Assembly (NCBI GenBank): GCA_030390025.1
Contig: JASTWF010000035.1
Span: 1,736,001 to 1,800,000 of the forward strand
DNA length: 64,000 bases
Direction: 5' to 3'
From: Squalus acanthias
Lineage: Eukaryota
The translations under genes and the position numbers were made by a program. Shown here one piece after another: positions 12,838-25,166 of this stretch. How positions within the stretch are numbered: position 1 is the stretch's first letter; every line of letters begins with the position of its first letter. The notes beneath the pieces are model-generated. The model was not told the DNA's origin and made no database searches. It saw nothing but the letters and a program-made list of their open reading frames with translations.

Positions 12838-15800
12838 TCAGTACCCTATAAATATATCCAACTCCTTCTTGAATCTATTTAATGAATTGGCCTCTACTGC
12901 CTTCTGTGGCAGAGAATTCCACAGGTTCACCACTCTCTGGGTGAAGAAATTCCTCCTCATTTCTGTCCTAAATGGCTTACCCCTTATCCTTAAACTGTGA
13001 CCCCTGGTTCTGGACTCCCCGACCATCGGGAACATCCTTCCTGCATCTAGTTTGTCCTGTCCTGTCAGAATTTTATAAGTTTCAATGAGATCCCCTCTCA
13101 TTCTTCTAAACTCCAGCGAGTATAAGCCCAATCGACCCAATCTCTCTTCATACGTCATTCCTGCCATCCCAGGTATCAGCCTTGTGAATCTTCGCTGAAC
13201 TCCTTCCATGGCAAGAACATCCTTCCTCAGATAAGGCGACCAAAACTGCACAGTACTCAAGGTGTGGTCTCACCAAGGCCCTGTATAACTGCAGCAAGAC
13301 ATCCTTGTTCCTGTACTCAAACCCTCTCGCTACGAAGGCCAACATACCATTTGCCTTCTTAACCGTTTGCTGCACCTGCATGCTTACCTTCAGCGACTGG
13401 TGCACAAGGACACCCAGGTCTCGTTGCACTTCCCCTTCTCCCAATCTATTGCCGTTCAGATAATAATCTGCCTTTCTGTTTTTGCCACCAAAGTGGATAA
13501 CCTCGCATTTATCCACGTTATATTGCATCTGCCACACTTCTGCCCAATCACCCAACCTGTCCAAATCATCCTGGAGTTTCTCGGCATCCTCCTCGCAGCA
13601 CGCACGCCCACCCAGTTTTGTGTCGTCTGCAAACTTGGAGATATTACATCTAGTTCCCTTGTCTAGATCATTAATATATATTGTGAATAGCTGGGGCCCA
13701 AGGACCGATCCCTGCGGTACTCCACTAGTCACTGCCTGCCACTCGGAAAAAGACCCGTTTATTCCAACTCTTTGCTTCCTGTCTGCCAACCAGTTCGCTA
13801 TCCAAGTCAATACCTTGCCCCTAATCCCATGTGCCTTAACTTTACACGCTAATCTCTTATGCGGGACCTTATCAAAAGCCTTCTGAAAGTCCAAATACAC
13901 CACATCCACTGGTTCTCCCTTATCTATTCCATCAGTTACATCCTCAAAAAATTCCAGTAGATTAGTCAAGCACGATTTACCTTTTGTAAATCCATGTTGA
14001 CTTTGTCCGATCCTGTCACTGTTTTCCAAGTGCTCAGCTATTACATCTTTTATAATGGACTCTAGCATTTTCCCCACTACCAATGTTAGACTTACCGGTC
14101 TGTAATTCCCCGTTTTCTCTCTAACACCCTTTTTGAATAGTGGGGTAACATTAACTACCCTCCAATCCATGGGTACTGTTCCAGATTCCATCGAATGTTG
14201 GAAGATGGTCAGCAATGCATCTACTATTTCTAGGGCCACTTCCTTAAGTACCCTAGGATGTAGATTATCAGGCCCTGGGGATTTATCGGCCTTCAATCCC
14301 TTCAATTTCCCTAACACCATTTCCCTACAAATACTGATTTCTTTCAGTTCCTCCCTTTCATCAGACCCTATGTTAGCCAACATCTCTGGGAGGTTATTTG
14401 TGTCCTCCTTTGTGAAGACAGAACCAAAATATATATTTAATTGATCTGACATTTCTTTGCAACACGGTGGCATAGTGTTTAGCACTGGTGCCTCACAGCG
14501 CCAGAGACCCGGGTTCAAATCTGACCTCGGGTGACTGTCTGTGTGGAGTTTGCACATTCTCCCCGTGTCTGCGTGGGTTTCCTCCGGGTGCTCCGGTTTC
14601 CTCCCACAGTCCAAAAATGTGTGGGTTAGGTTGATTTGGCTATGATAAATTGACCCTTAGAGTTAGGGGGGATAAATATGTGGGGTTATGGGGATAGGAT
14701 GGGATATGTTAGGGGAATTAAATACTTGGGGTTACGGGGGTAGGGTGGGATATGTGTACTGTGGGGATTAAAGCAGGGACAGGTACTGGATTTGGATGAT
14801 CAGCCATGATCGTATTGAATGGCGGAGCAGGCTCGACGGGCCGAATGGCCTACTCCTGCTCCTAGATTCTATGTTTCTATGTTTCACATATCTGTAAAAG
14901 CTTTTACAGTCAGTTTTTATGTTCCCTGCAAGCTTACTCTCGTATTCTATTTTCCCCTTCTTAATTAATCCCTTTGTCCTCCTTTGTTGAATCTTAAACT
15001 GCTCCCAATCCTCAGGGTTACTGCTTTTTCTGGCCAATTTATATGCCCTCTCCTTGGATCTTATGCTATCCCTAATTTCCCTTGTCAGCCACGGTTGAGT
15101 CACCCTTTTTCTTATATTCTTATGCCAAACTTGATGAACAAATTCTGTAGTTCGTCCATGCGGTCTTTGAATGTTTGCCATTGCCTATCCACCGTCAACC
15201 CTTTGAGTGACATTCCCCAATCAATCCTACCCAACTCGCACCTCATACCATCGTAGTTTCCTTTATTTAAATTCAGGACCCTAGTCTCTGAGTCAACTAC
15301 TTCACTCTCCATCCTAATGAAGAATTCTATCATATTATGATCGCTCCGACCCAAGGGGCCTCGCACAACAAGATTGCTAATTAATCCTTTATCATTGCAT
15401 AATACCCAGTCTAAGATGGCCTGATCTCTGGTTGGTTCCTCGACATATTGGTCCAGGAAACCATCCCGTAAACACTCCAGGAATTCCTCCTCCATAGTAT
15501 TGTTACTAATTTGGTTAGCCCAATCTATATGTAGATTAAAGTCACCCATGATGACTGCTGTGCCCTTATTGCACGCTTCTCTAATTTCCCTTTTAATGCC
15601 ATCCCCAACCTCCGCATTACTGTTTGGAGGTCTATATATCACTCCCACTAACGTTTTCTGCCCCTTGTTATTTCTCAGTTCAACCCATACAGATTCCACA
15701 TCATCAGAGCTAATATCCTTCCTTTCAATTGTGTTCATCCCCTCTTTAACCAGCAATGCTACCCCACCTCCCTTTCCTTTTTGCCTATCTTTCCTGAATA

Positions 15801-16008
15801 TTGAGTACCCCTGGATGTTGAATTCCCAGCCTTGGCCACCCTGGAGCCATGTTTCGGTAATCCCAATCAAATCATATTCGTTTACCTCTATTTGCGCAGC
15901 TAATTCATCCACCTTGTTCCGAATGCTCCTTGCATTAAGACACAAAGCCTTCAGGCTTGTTTTTTTAACGCTCTTAGACCTATTAGAATTAATATTTACT
16001 GTGGCCAT
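12838..16008 (-). pseudogene. CR1 ORF2: APE endonuclease plus reverse transcriptase, frameshifted and SINE-interrupted
   Basis: LNARSI, GITETWL, GDFN and SDHN APE motifs (ORF 15112-16008). [21 protein letters not shown] and FADD (ORF 13148-14614). C-terminus in ORF 12838-13260. Confidence 0.93.
14460..14885 (+). mobile_element. tRNA-derived V-SINE (HE1-like) with CR1 3' tail
   Basis: A box-like GGTGGCATAGTGTTTAGC and B box GGTTCAAATC. V-domain TGTGTGGAGTTTGCACATTCTCCCCGTGTCTGCGTGGGTTTCCTCCGGGTGCTCCGGTTTCCTCCCACA. CR1 tail GATCAGCCATG..(TTCTATGT)n. Confidence 0.9.
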
Positions 16009-16130
16009 GTTTGATTTAAACCGTTGTTTTCTCTGACTGCCACTTTTGTTTTTCTCCTTCCTATCTTTTGCTTTTATCCTTGTTTCCCTTTCCTCTGTCT
16101 CCCTGCTCAGGTTCCCAACCCCCTGCCATT

Positions 16131-17080
16131 TTAGTTTAAACCCTCCCCCAGAGCACTAGCAAACACTCCCCCTAGGACATCGGTCCCGGCCCTGCCCAGG
16201 TGTAGACCGTCCGGTTTGTACTGGTCCCACATCCCCCAGAACCGGTTCAAATGCCCCAGGAATTTGAATCCCTCCCCCTTGCACCATTCCTCTAGCCACG
16301 TATTCATTTGAAATATCCTTCTATTTCTACTCTGACTAGCACGTGGCCCTGGTAGCAATCCTGAGATTACTACCTTTGAGGTCCTATTTTTTAATTTACC
16401 TCCTAACTCCCTATATTCTGCTTTGAGGACCTCATCCCGTTTTTTACCTATATCGTTGGTACCTATATGCACCACGACAACTGGCTGTTCACCCTCCCCT
16501 TCCAAAATGCTCTGTAGCCGCTCTGAGACATCTTGACCCTTGCACCAGGGAGGCAACATACCATCCTGGAGTCTCGTTTGCGGCCGCAGAAACGCCTATC
16601 TATTCCCCTTGCAATAGAATCCCCTATCACTATAGCTCTCCCACTCTTTTTCCTCCCATCCTGTGCAGCAGAACCACCTATGGTGCTAGGAAGTTGGCTG
16701 CTGCTGTCTTCCCCTGATAAGCCATCTCCCTCAACAATATCCAAAGCGGTATATCTGTTTGAGAGGGGGATGGCCACAGGGGACCCCTGCATTACCTGCC
16801 TGCGCCTATTACTCTGCCTGGTGGTCACCCATTCCCTTCCTGCCTGCACACCCTTTACCTGCGGTGTGACCAACTCCCTAAACGTGCTATCCACGATGTG
16901 CTCAGCATCGCGAATGCTCCAGTATGCATCCATCCGCAGCTCCAGTGCCACAATGCGGTCTGTCAGTAGCTGCAGCTGGATACACCTCCCGCACACATGG
17001 TTGTCAGGGACACAGGAAGTGTCCCTGATTTCCCACATAGTGCAGGAAGAGCATGTCACAGCACCGAGCAGTCCTGCCAT
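16131..17080 (-). pseudogene. CR1 ORF1: Cys-rich PHD-like finger, coiled coil and SGNH esterase (one frameshift)
   Basis: CSSCTMWE..CGRC, LLTDRIVALELRM, IVIGDSIARG, VHIGTNDIG and DGLHL across ORFs 16463-17080 and 16131-16559. Confidence 0.9.
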
Positions 17081-17348
17081 GACTTACCCTTTAATTAATT
17101 AATTAATTAATTAAAATTAAATTAAAATTAAATGGATCCCACCAATTACACTGGAATTAAGTGATATACTCAAGGGCCCTTGCTTAACAGTAGTCCCCGC
17201 TACACAAAGAGACCGTAGAAATCACAAAATTTAAGTTTAGAAAAATTGAGAAAGAAAACACTCACCAACCAATCACTTACCTGCTTTTTGGTGACGTCAC
17301 ACTACAAATACTTTTTGCTTCCCTCTCCCGGAACCTGGATTTGTAAAC

Positions 17349-17524
17349 CGCCTCGGGGCTCACCTTAAGTACCGCCGCTCGCCGCCTCTGTTCCCTCGCA
17401 GGTCCGCCGCCTCTGCCGCCTCGCCGCTCTAGGCCTCGCTGCCGCCTCGGGGCTCACCTTAAGTACCGCCGCTCGCCGCCTCTGTTCCCTCGCAGGTCCG
17501 CCGCCTCTGCCCCCTCGCCGCTCT
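17349..17524 (-). repeat. 94-bp GC/CpG-rich tandem monomer (about 1.9 copies) at the CR1 5' end
   Basis: CGCCTCGGGGCTCACCTTAAGTACCGCCGCTCG.. starts at both 17349 and 17443. Confidence 0.9.
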
Positions 17525-18343
17525 TTCCATATTAGTCCTCCTAAATTGCATCACTTCACACTTCTCTGCATTGAACTCCATCTGCCATGTTTCTACCCAT
17601 TTCACCATCCTGTCTATGTCATCCTGAAGTCTACAACTTAACTCATCACTATCTACTACATTGCCAAATTTCATATCATCTGCAAACTTTATAATGCTGC
17701 TCCCTACATCTGAATCTAGGTCATTTATAAAAATTGAAAAGAGTAATGGACCCAAAGCTGACCCTTGGGGAACACCACTGCAAACCACATCACAGTCTGA
17801 AAAACATCCATCCACCTCCTGCCACTGAGCCAATTCCGTATCCATACCACCATCTTCTCCTTAATTCCATGGGCTCCCATCTTCTTAACAAGCCTCCTGT
17901 GTGGCACTTTGTTGAATGCCTTCAGAAAGTCCATATATACATCTACCGCATTACCTTGATCAACCTTTCTGTTACTTCATCAAATAATTCAATCAAGTTA
18001 GTCAGACACGATTTGCCTTTAACAAATTCATGCTGGCTCTCCCTGATTAACCCATACCTTTCTAAATGGAAGTTTATTTTGTATCTGATATTGGTTTCCA
18101 ATAACTTCCCCACAACTGATGTTAGGCTGACTGGCTTGTAGTTTCCTGGTTTATCCCTCTCCTCTTTCTTCAATAATGGTATAACATTAGCAACCCTCCA
18201 GTCCTCCGGCATTACCCCTGTATCCAATGAGGATTGAAAGATTGTGACCAATGCCTCTGCTATTTCTACCTTTGCTTCTTTCAGCAACCTAGGATGCATT
18301 CCATTCGGACCAGGTGACTTACCAAGTTTCACTTATGCTAATC

Positions 18344-18536
18344 TTTTGACTTGGAAATATATCGCTGTTCCTTTAGGGAACTCCCTCCCTAACAGCACTG
18401 TGGGAGTACCTTCACCACACGGACTGCAGCGGTTCAAGAAGGCGGCTCACCACCACCTTCTCAAGGGGCAATTAGGGATGGGCAATAAATGCTGGCCTTG
18501 CCAGTGACGCCCACATCCCGTGAATGAATTAAAAAT
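18344..18536 (+). mobile_element. 3' terminal fragment of a CR1-group LINE with A-rich end
   Basis: Encodes NSLPNSTVGVPSPHGLQRFKKAAHHHLLKG, followed by AATAAA and TGAATGAATTAAAAA. It interrupts the old CR1. Confidence 0.7.
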
Positions 18537-19354
18537 AAGTTTGTACCTGAACTATCTCTTCCCTGAATGCCCTCTATTGCTCCATTACTGCTTTACCCTG
18601 CAATGGCCTTTTCCAATCTACCTGTGCTGGGTCCCTTCTTAAATCACTGAAATTAGCTCTTCCCCAGTTGAGCATTTTTACTGTCAATATTTTCTGGTCT
18701 CTTTCCATAATGACATTAAACCGAATGATGTTACTCCTCCTGTAACACACTCCACTTGCCCGACTTCATTTCCCAGAACCAGATCCAACACTGCTTCTTT
18801 CCTTGTTGGACTGGAGATATATTGATTGAGAAAGTTCTCCTGTACACCTATCAGAAATTCCTCTCCTTCCCTACGCTTAGCACTATGTTTTTAACAGTCT
18901 ATGTTAGGATAATTAAAGACTCCTAATATTACTGCTCCATTTTTGTTACACGCACGCCTTTGAAATTTGCCGATAAATTTGTTCATCTATCTCCATTTCA
19001 CCTTTTGGAGCTCTATAAAAAACTCCCAACAATGTAATAGCTCCCCTCTTTTCCTGAACTCAAGCCAAATAGATTCAGTCCTAGAACCATCTAGTATATC
19101 CTTTCTATTTAGAACTGTAACATAATCCTTGATCAATACTGCCACACCACTCTTTTTCCTTCTCTAATTCCTGAATACTTGGTAACCAGGAATATTAAGA
19201 ACCCATTCTTGGCTTGTTTGAGCCATGTCTCTGTGAAAGCAACCACTTCATAATCCCATTTAGTAATTTATGCCTGCAGCTCACCAATCTTATTAGTTAC
19301 AAAACGAACATTGAGTTGCATGTCTAAATCATATCCGTCTCTTCTCCCCTCCAG

Positions 19355-20268
19355 GGCCATCACTCAAAGAAAATGAGCCCCTGCCCAGAGATGAAGATGA
19401 CTCGTTCATGCTGAGGGTGCACCGTCACAGGACACATGCATTGAAGGCACCAATGCAGATATGAGCACATTGGTGGGACCTCTTAGACAGTTATGTGGGA
19501 TGTCACGAGGTGAATTGCATGTCACAAGTGAACATGAGCAGAGAGTGGTGGCAGAAACAGCTGTGGAGAGTCCACGTTCGAGGGCACAGTCCTCTCCAAG
19601 CTCTGCTCAGCTGGACAGAGATGCTAAACTCATGGGAGAATCAATGAAAAGGAGAATGATAGAGGGTTAGCAGTCCTGCCAGGCACACTTTGAACAATGT
19701 CACAGAGGATGGAGGAGTCCAGCCCAAACATTTGTGGAGTGATGTCGCAGGCCCTTTCAAAGATACAATTTTCCATTGATAGTCTGGCCGCCTCTATGGA
19801 AGTTGAATCATGGCGCACAATGATTCCACGCAGGCCCAGACGGTGCTTTGTCCGCCAACATGTCTACCGGCTTCCACATGCTGGCAGATAGATTAGACAT
19901 GGGCTTCTAAGGCTTCACTGATCTCCTCCAAGCTGCTCTCCTGCCTAGACACAGGAGTGATATTCCGCTGTCCTTGGAGAGGAGGATGCAGATAAGGGAG
20001 ATGAAAGTGCGTACACCTCTCAAAGTTTTTTCACCCTGCTCAACCAACACCCGACATGCTGCCCCCTCTCCCGCAAGCCCAGTCTGCCCCTGCACAGGTC
20101 CAGGTGGAGCAGTCCTTGGCGGGATCCTCACAGGTTCCAACACCCAGAGGTTGTCGGCCGTGAGCACTTCAGAAGTCAGAGCAAGGACCAGCCAGCCCGA
20201 CACTACCTCTGCTGAAGCCACAGGGATAGCACCACGTAGAAGTATCAGAGACTGGAAAAGCTTTATAG
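19355..20268 (+). pseudogene. Harbinger Myb/SANT-like gene, last-exon remnant
   Basis: Acceptor CCCCTCCAG|GGCCATCA. Motifs VTSEHEQ..AVESPR..SSAQL..QRMEES..SAEATGIAPRRS are homologous to 22728-23739. Confidence 0.78.
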
Positions 20269-20379
20269 TTCACCAAGACTACGTACATGGGTGTTTCTTG
20301 ATATTGTTAATACTGTTAATTTCTTAGTTCACATTAAATTTATTAAGTCGCACCACTGTCCCATGTTCTTCATTGTGTC

Positions 20380-21523
20380 ATGTGGTGAGGAGGACCTGGA
20401 TACAGTGCAGGAAACGCTTCAATGATCTCATGAGGTCAGGAAAGGTGAGTGCTATGCCACATCTGTCATCCTGATGTGCCTGTCAACACTTCCCCATCAC
20501 TCTGCCTTCCCAAGCCTACTCCTGCACATCATTCCTCACACCAACCTACCTCCAGGTCCACCCATCCCTCTCTCTCTATGTACATACTCACATCCCCATC
20601 TGACTAACCACCCCAACTGGAGGAGGAAGATGGATCCTCAGAGGAACCTCCAGCCTCTGAGGGTGCAGTGTCAGCAGACCCAAGCACAGCCAGCACCAGC
20701 GCAGATACGCACACCTCGGTGGGTCCTTTGCACCATAGAGTAGAGTTGTCATCTGGTGTCTCACAAGTGAGCAAGAGCAGGTGGTGTTGACAGGGACAGC
20801 AGTGGAGACTCTTCGCCGGAGGGCGCAGGGCAGTCCAAGCTCTGCTGAGCTGCATGCAGACAGCGAGCCTCGGGGCCATTGAGAAAGAGAGTGATCCTGG
20901 AGGGTCAGCAACAATTGCACAAGGCTCTGGCATCTTTTGCAGCTGCAATGTCTTCAAATGTCCAGAGAATGGAGGAGTCCATCTCCAACATGAGCACCAC
21001 CATGTCGCAAGCGATGGCGACGATGTGCTCTTCCGTGGAAAGGATGGCCACCTGCATGGAGCAGCTAATGCACCAGTCACATGAGCACATTAGCTGTGGA
21101 CAACAGATGGCAGGCGCTCATAGACCTCCTCTCAAGGAGGTATGTGAACGTAGACTTGGGCCTTCATCACCCCACTGCTGTGCAGCAAGGTGCTCTCCAG
21201 CTCCTTGTAGCAGAGAAGTGCCGGGTGGCCCATGGGAGGGAACATGGTTAGAGGAGACATGGAAGTGGGGGCTCTTCTCAAAATGCTTCCACTTCTCCCC
21301 CTCAGTCAGAGCCCCACATGCTTCCTCGGATCCTGATGGCCGAGTCTGCCCCTGCACAGTCACAGGAAGAGCAGACTTTGACGGGGCCATCACAGGCTCC
21401 TAAACCCAGAGGACGTCCGCCAAAAGTGTCTGACGAGTCACAGCAGGGAAGTGAGCACCTGCAACTACCTCTGCTGAAGCCACAGGGGTTGCACTTTGTA
21501 GAAGCACTTGGAAAAGAAAAATG
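20380..21523 (+). pseudogene. Second decayed Harbinger Myb/SANT-like gene (outer element)
   Basis: RTWIQCRKRFNDLMRSGK|GTGAGT at 20444. Last-exon homology includes RMEESISNMS and PSQAPKPRGRPPK. Confidence 0.8.
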
Positions 21524-21943
21524 ACACAGAAGTAGATGCACAAGGGTATGCACGTGGGTGTATCAAAAAATGTTGGTGGTAAGTTTCAGTTATTTTGATG
21601 ACGCACATAAATGTCCATTTTTGCCTCAAACCTTGGAAGTGACTTTGTCACTTGGAGTGAATGGTGAGACATTGGCCGTGAATTTAATAGAGGAGGCGGG
21701 TTGGAGTCGGGTTGCCTGGTGGGTGGGTTCCGGCCCAGCTGCCAGTTTTAGACGCTCCCGAATTGAGATTTTAATTTAAGTGGCCTATTAGTCCCGTCGT
21801 GTGCGCTGCCCGGTCCAATGAGTGGGATCGGGTCTGTTAGTCACTTCTGATGACATCATTACTGCAGTTGTTTTTAAGGGGCTTATGCAGCCTCAGCCTT
21901 TCATTTCTCGTTTCTGCTTGGGTTTGAATGGGCCCAGGCTACA

Positions 21944-23739
21944 ATGAGTGCTGCAAAAGCCAAGGCTGCTCCACGGTTTAATGAGGACTCCCTCCAAGCT
22001 CTTGTGGAGTAAGAGGGTGCAGGGAGATTCTGTTCCCTCCCGATGGCCAGAGGAAGCCTCCTCAGCAAACAAAGGCAGCCTGGCTGCACATTGCTGAGGA
22101 GCTCAGCGCAAGGTCGCTATGTACATGCACCTGGGTCCAGTGCCAGAAACGGTATAAAGATCTGCGATCATCAAAAGTGAGTATCACATCACACTTACCT
22201 TCAATCTGCTTCCCTTCTTTTCTCATCACCAGCACGCTGCTTTGTAAGCCTGCTCCTCCACATCCCACCTTACCCTTACTTCCCTTGCACCCTTAACTAT
22301 CCCTCTCTCTGTACTGAATCACTTCACCATCCTACTATGCACCCCAATTATGGATTCTTCACAGTCACCCAATCACTCTCGCTGAAACTCCACTTGTTTC
22401 CCTCCTTGCAGGAAAAGATAGCCCACAATAAGAGGGAAACAGCAAAGACAGGAGGAGGCCCACCATCCCTGTTGACATTGACAAGTGCTGAGGAGGCTGC
22501 GCACGAGATCATGGGAGGTGACGAGGATCTGGAAGTGGGGGTCGGAGAGACGGGCGCAATAGACGAAGCTGGTGACAGAATAGATTTTCAACCCTCGCAT
22601 TTAGATTTCATGATTGACTGCAATGGCATATGATGTTCATAGAGATTGACTTTGGATCATCTTCACAATAGGATGTGTCAGCTACCTAAAAATCAGATGT
22701 CTAACTCATGCCTTTACTCTCTCACAGGACCATCGAGAGCCCCCCTCCTCACTGTCCAGGAGGAAGAGCCAGACGACTCCTCAGAGGAACCTGCAACCTC
22801 TGAGGGAGCAGCGTCACCAACACTCAGCACACCCAGCACCACTGCAGATACGCACACCTCGGTGGGTCCTTCGCGACATAGAGTAGTGCTGTCACCTGGT
22901 GTATCACAGCTCACAAGTGAGCATCAGCAGATGGTGGAGACAGGACAGCCGTGGAGAGTCCTCGTCGGAGGCCGCAGGGCGCTCCCAGCTCTGCTCAGCT
23001 GCATGTCGACCCTGTGCCTCTGGGACCATCCAGAAAGAGAGCGGTGCTGGAACTCTGGAAACAAGTGCAGGAGTCTCTGACAGGATTTACCTCCAGGTTA
23101 ACTGCGAGTGTGGAGAGAATGGAGGAGTCCATCTCTAACATGAGCAGTGCCTTTGTGGAGGCAATGGCGCATGAGCGTACCGCCATGGAGAGGGTGGCAA
23201 CCTCCATGGAGGACATAAGTCGCCAGACACACGAGAACATGGTGACTCTTCTAAATAGTTGGTCTGCTATGGAGGATAGATGGGCATCTATTGAGGAGAG
23301 ACACCATAGGTACATGGACGGCCCCATTATGAGGATTCTCAGTACTGAGACGAGTCCTCATGGCCCCACTGATGTGCAGCAAGGTGCTCTCCAGCCACTT
23401 GCTAGCACTGAGGTGTGGCTGACCCATGAGAGGGATGTTGGTGGCAGACAACAAGGAAGTGTGGGCTCCTCTCCAAGCACTCACACGACCATGCCACTGC
23501 GGTGCCCTTGGTCAGAGCCCCAGAGACCTCACCCAACTCAGATGGCCGTCTCAGCCCTTGCACAGTTGCAGAAAGAGCAGAATGTGGAGGAACCCTCCCA
23601 GACTCCCAAACCCAGAGGACGCCCGCCAAAGGCATCTAAGCAGGCACAGCATCAAAGTGAACAAGGTGCCTCTACATCTGCTAAAGCCACAGGGGAAGCA
23701 CCACGTAGAAGCACGTGTAAGAGGAAGCTAACACACTAA
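21944..23739 (+). pseudogene. Harbinger Myb/SANT-like DNA-binding protein gene, 3 exons (21944-22176, 22412-22571, 22728-23739), frameshifted
   Basis: MSAAKAKAAPRFNEDSLQALV..TKAAWLHIAEELS..WVQCQKRYKDL|GT; AG|EKIAHNKRETAKTGGGPP..|GT; AG|..PKPRGRPPK..KRKLTH*. Junctions are GT-AG and phase-compatible. Frameshifts occur near 22008 and 22948. Confidence 0.88.
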
Positions 23740-23834
23740 TAGTCACACGGGTAGTCACTTGGGTGTTTTGTTCTGTTGTATATTTTTGATTGTCATCCTT
23801 TTGTGATGATATTAAACAAAAGTGATGGCAAACA

Positions 23835-24966
23835 TAGAAACATAGAAAAATAGGAGCAGGAGTAGGCCATTCGGCCCTTCGAGCCTGCTCCGCCATTCAA
23901 TATGATCATGGTTGATCCTCTATCTCAATACCATATTCCCGCTCTCTCCCCTTACCCCTTGATGCCTTTTGTGTCTAGAAATCTATCTATCTCCTTCTTA
24001 AATATATTCAGTGACTTGGCCTCAACAGCCTTTTGTGGTAGAGAATTCCACAGGTTCACCACCCTCTGAGTGAAGAAATTTCTCCTCATCTCAGTCCTAA
24101 ATGTCCTACCCCGTATCCTGAGACTGTGACCCCTCGTTCTAGACCCCCCCAGCCAGGGGAAACATCCTCCCTGTATCCAGTCTGTCTAGCCCTGTCAGAA
24201 ACTAATACATTTCAATGAAATCCCCTCTCATTCTTCTAAACTCTAGTGAATACAGGCCTAGTCGACCCAATCTCTCCTCATACGACAGTCCTGCCATCCC
24301 AGGAATCAGTCTGGTGAACCTTCGTTGCATTCCCTCTATAGCAAGTATATCCTTTCTTAGGTAAGGAGACCAAAACTGCACACAGTACTCCAGGTGTGGT
24401 CTCACCAAGGCCCTGTATAACTGTAGTAAGACATCCTTGCTCCTGTACTCAAATCCTCTTGCAATGAAGGCCAACATACCATTTGCCTTCCTAACTGCTT
24501 GCTGCACCTGCATGTTTGCTTTCAGTGCCTTGTGTACAAGGACACCCAGGCCCCTCTGTACATCAACATTTCCCAATCTATCACCATTTAAATAAAACTC
24601 TGCCTTTCTGTTTTTCCTACCGAAGTGGATAACTTCACATTTATACTGCATCTGCCATGTATTTGCCCACTCACTCAACTTGTCTAAATCGCCTTGAAGC
24701 CTCTTTGCATCCTCCTCACAACTCACAATCCCACCTAGTTTCGTGTCGTCAGCAAACTTGGAAATATTACATTTGCTTCCCTCATCCAAATCATTGATAT
24801 ATATTGTGAATAGCTGGGGCCCAAGCACTGATCCCTGCGGTACCCCACTAGTCACCACCTGCCACCCCGAAAAAGACCCATTTATTCCTACTCTCTGTTT
24901 CCTGTCTGTTAACCAATTTTCAATCCATGCCAGTATATTACCCCCAATTTCATGTGTTTTAAATTT
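23835..24966 (-). mobile_element. 5'-truncated CR1 LINE inserted between the two Harbinger genes
   Basis: ORF 24202-24858 RT. GCAAACA is duplicated at 23828-23834 and 24967-24973. Confidence 0.92.
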
Positions 24967-25166
24967 GCAAACAGTTGAAGTTCTGGCCTATGTGTTCTGG
25001 GAAATAGAAGTTGCACATTGAGGGCTCAGGGCGACTTGCATTTGTAATGATGGTGCTGAGCATGAAAGGAAAGCACCATTTATTGGAGAGATGATGTATG
25101 GCGTGTTAAGAAGGTTGTCCACACATTCATAGCCATCTGCCAGCTACCTGTGGTTGAAGCATAAGC

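Larger units (their letters stand above)
12739..17521 (-). mobile_element. Full-length CR1 LINE (5' UTR, ORF1, ORF2 APE+RT, 3' tail), mildly disrupted
   Basis: All CR1 modules are present in order. TCTTTC is duplicated at 12733-12738 and 17522-17527. A V-SINE is inserted at 14460-14885. Confidence 0.93.
10217..19315 (-). mobile_element. Old, near full-length CR1 LINE in pieces (10217-10960, 12727-12738, 17522-18343, 18537-19315)
   Basis: 3' tail at 10217. The RT motifs continue collinearly across the inserts (ORFs 17459-17845, 17725-17934, 17943-18332). Decayed APE region at about 18700-19315. Confidence 0.75.

Noticed and set aside
14462..14535. tRNA gene
   Set aside because: A/B boxes are present but run directly into the V-domain and CR1 tail, so it is a SINE head.
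13367..17102. Multiple + strand ORFs opposite CR1 ORF1/ORF2
   Set aside because: Antisense shadows of LINE coding sequence that recur in every CR1 copy.
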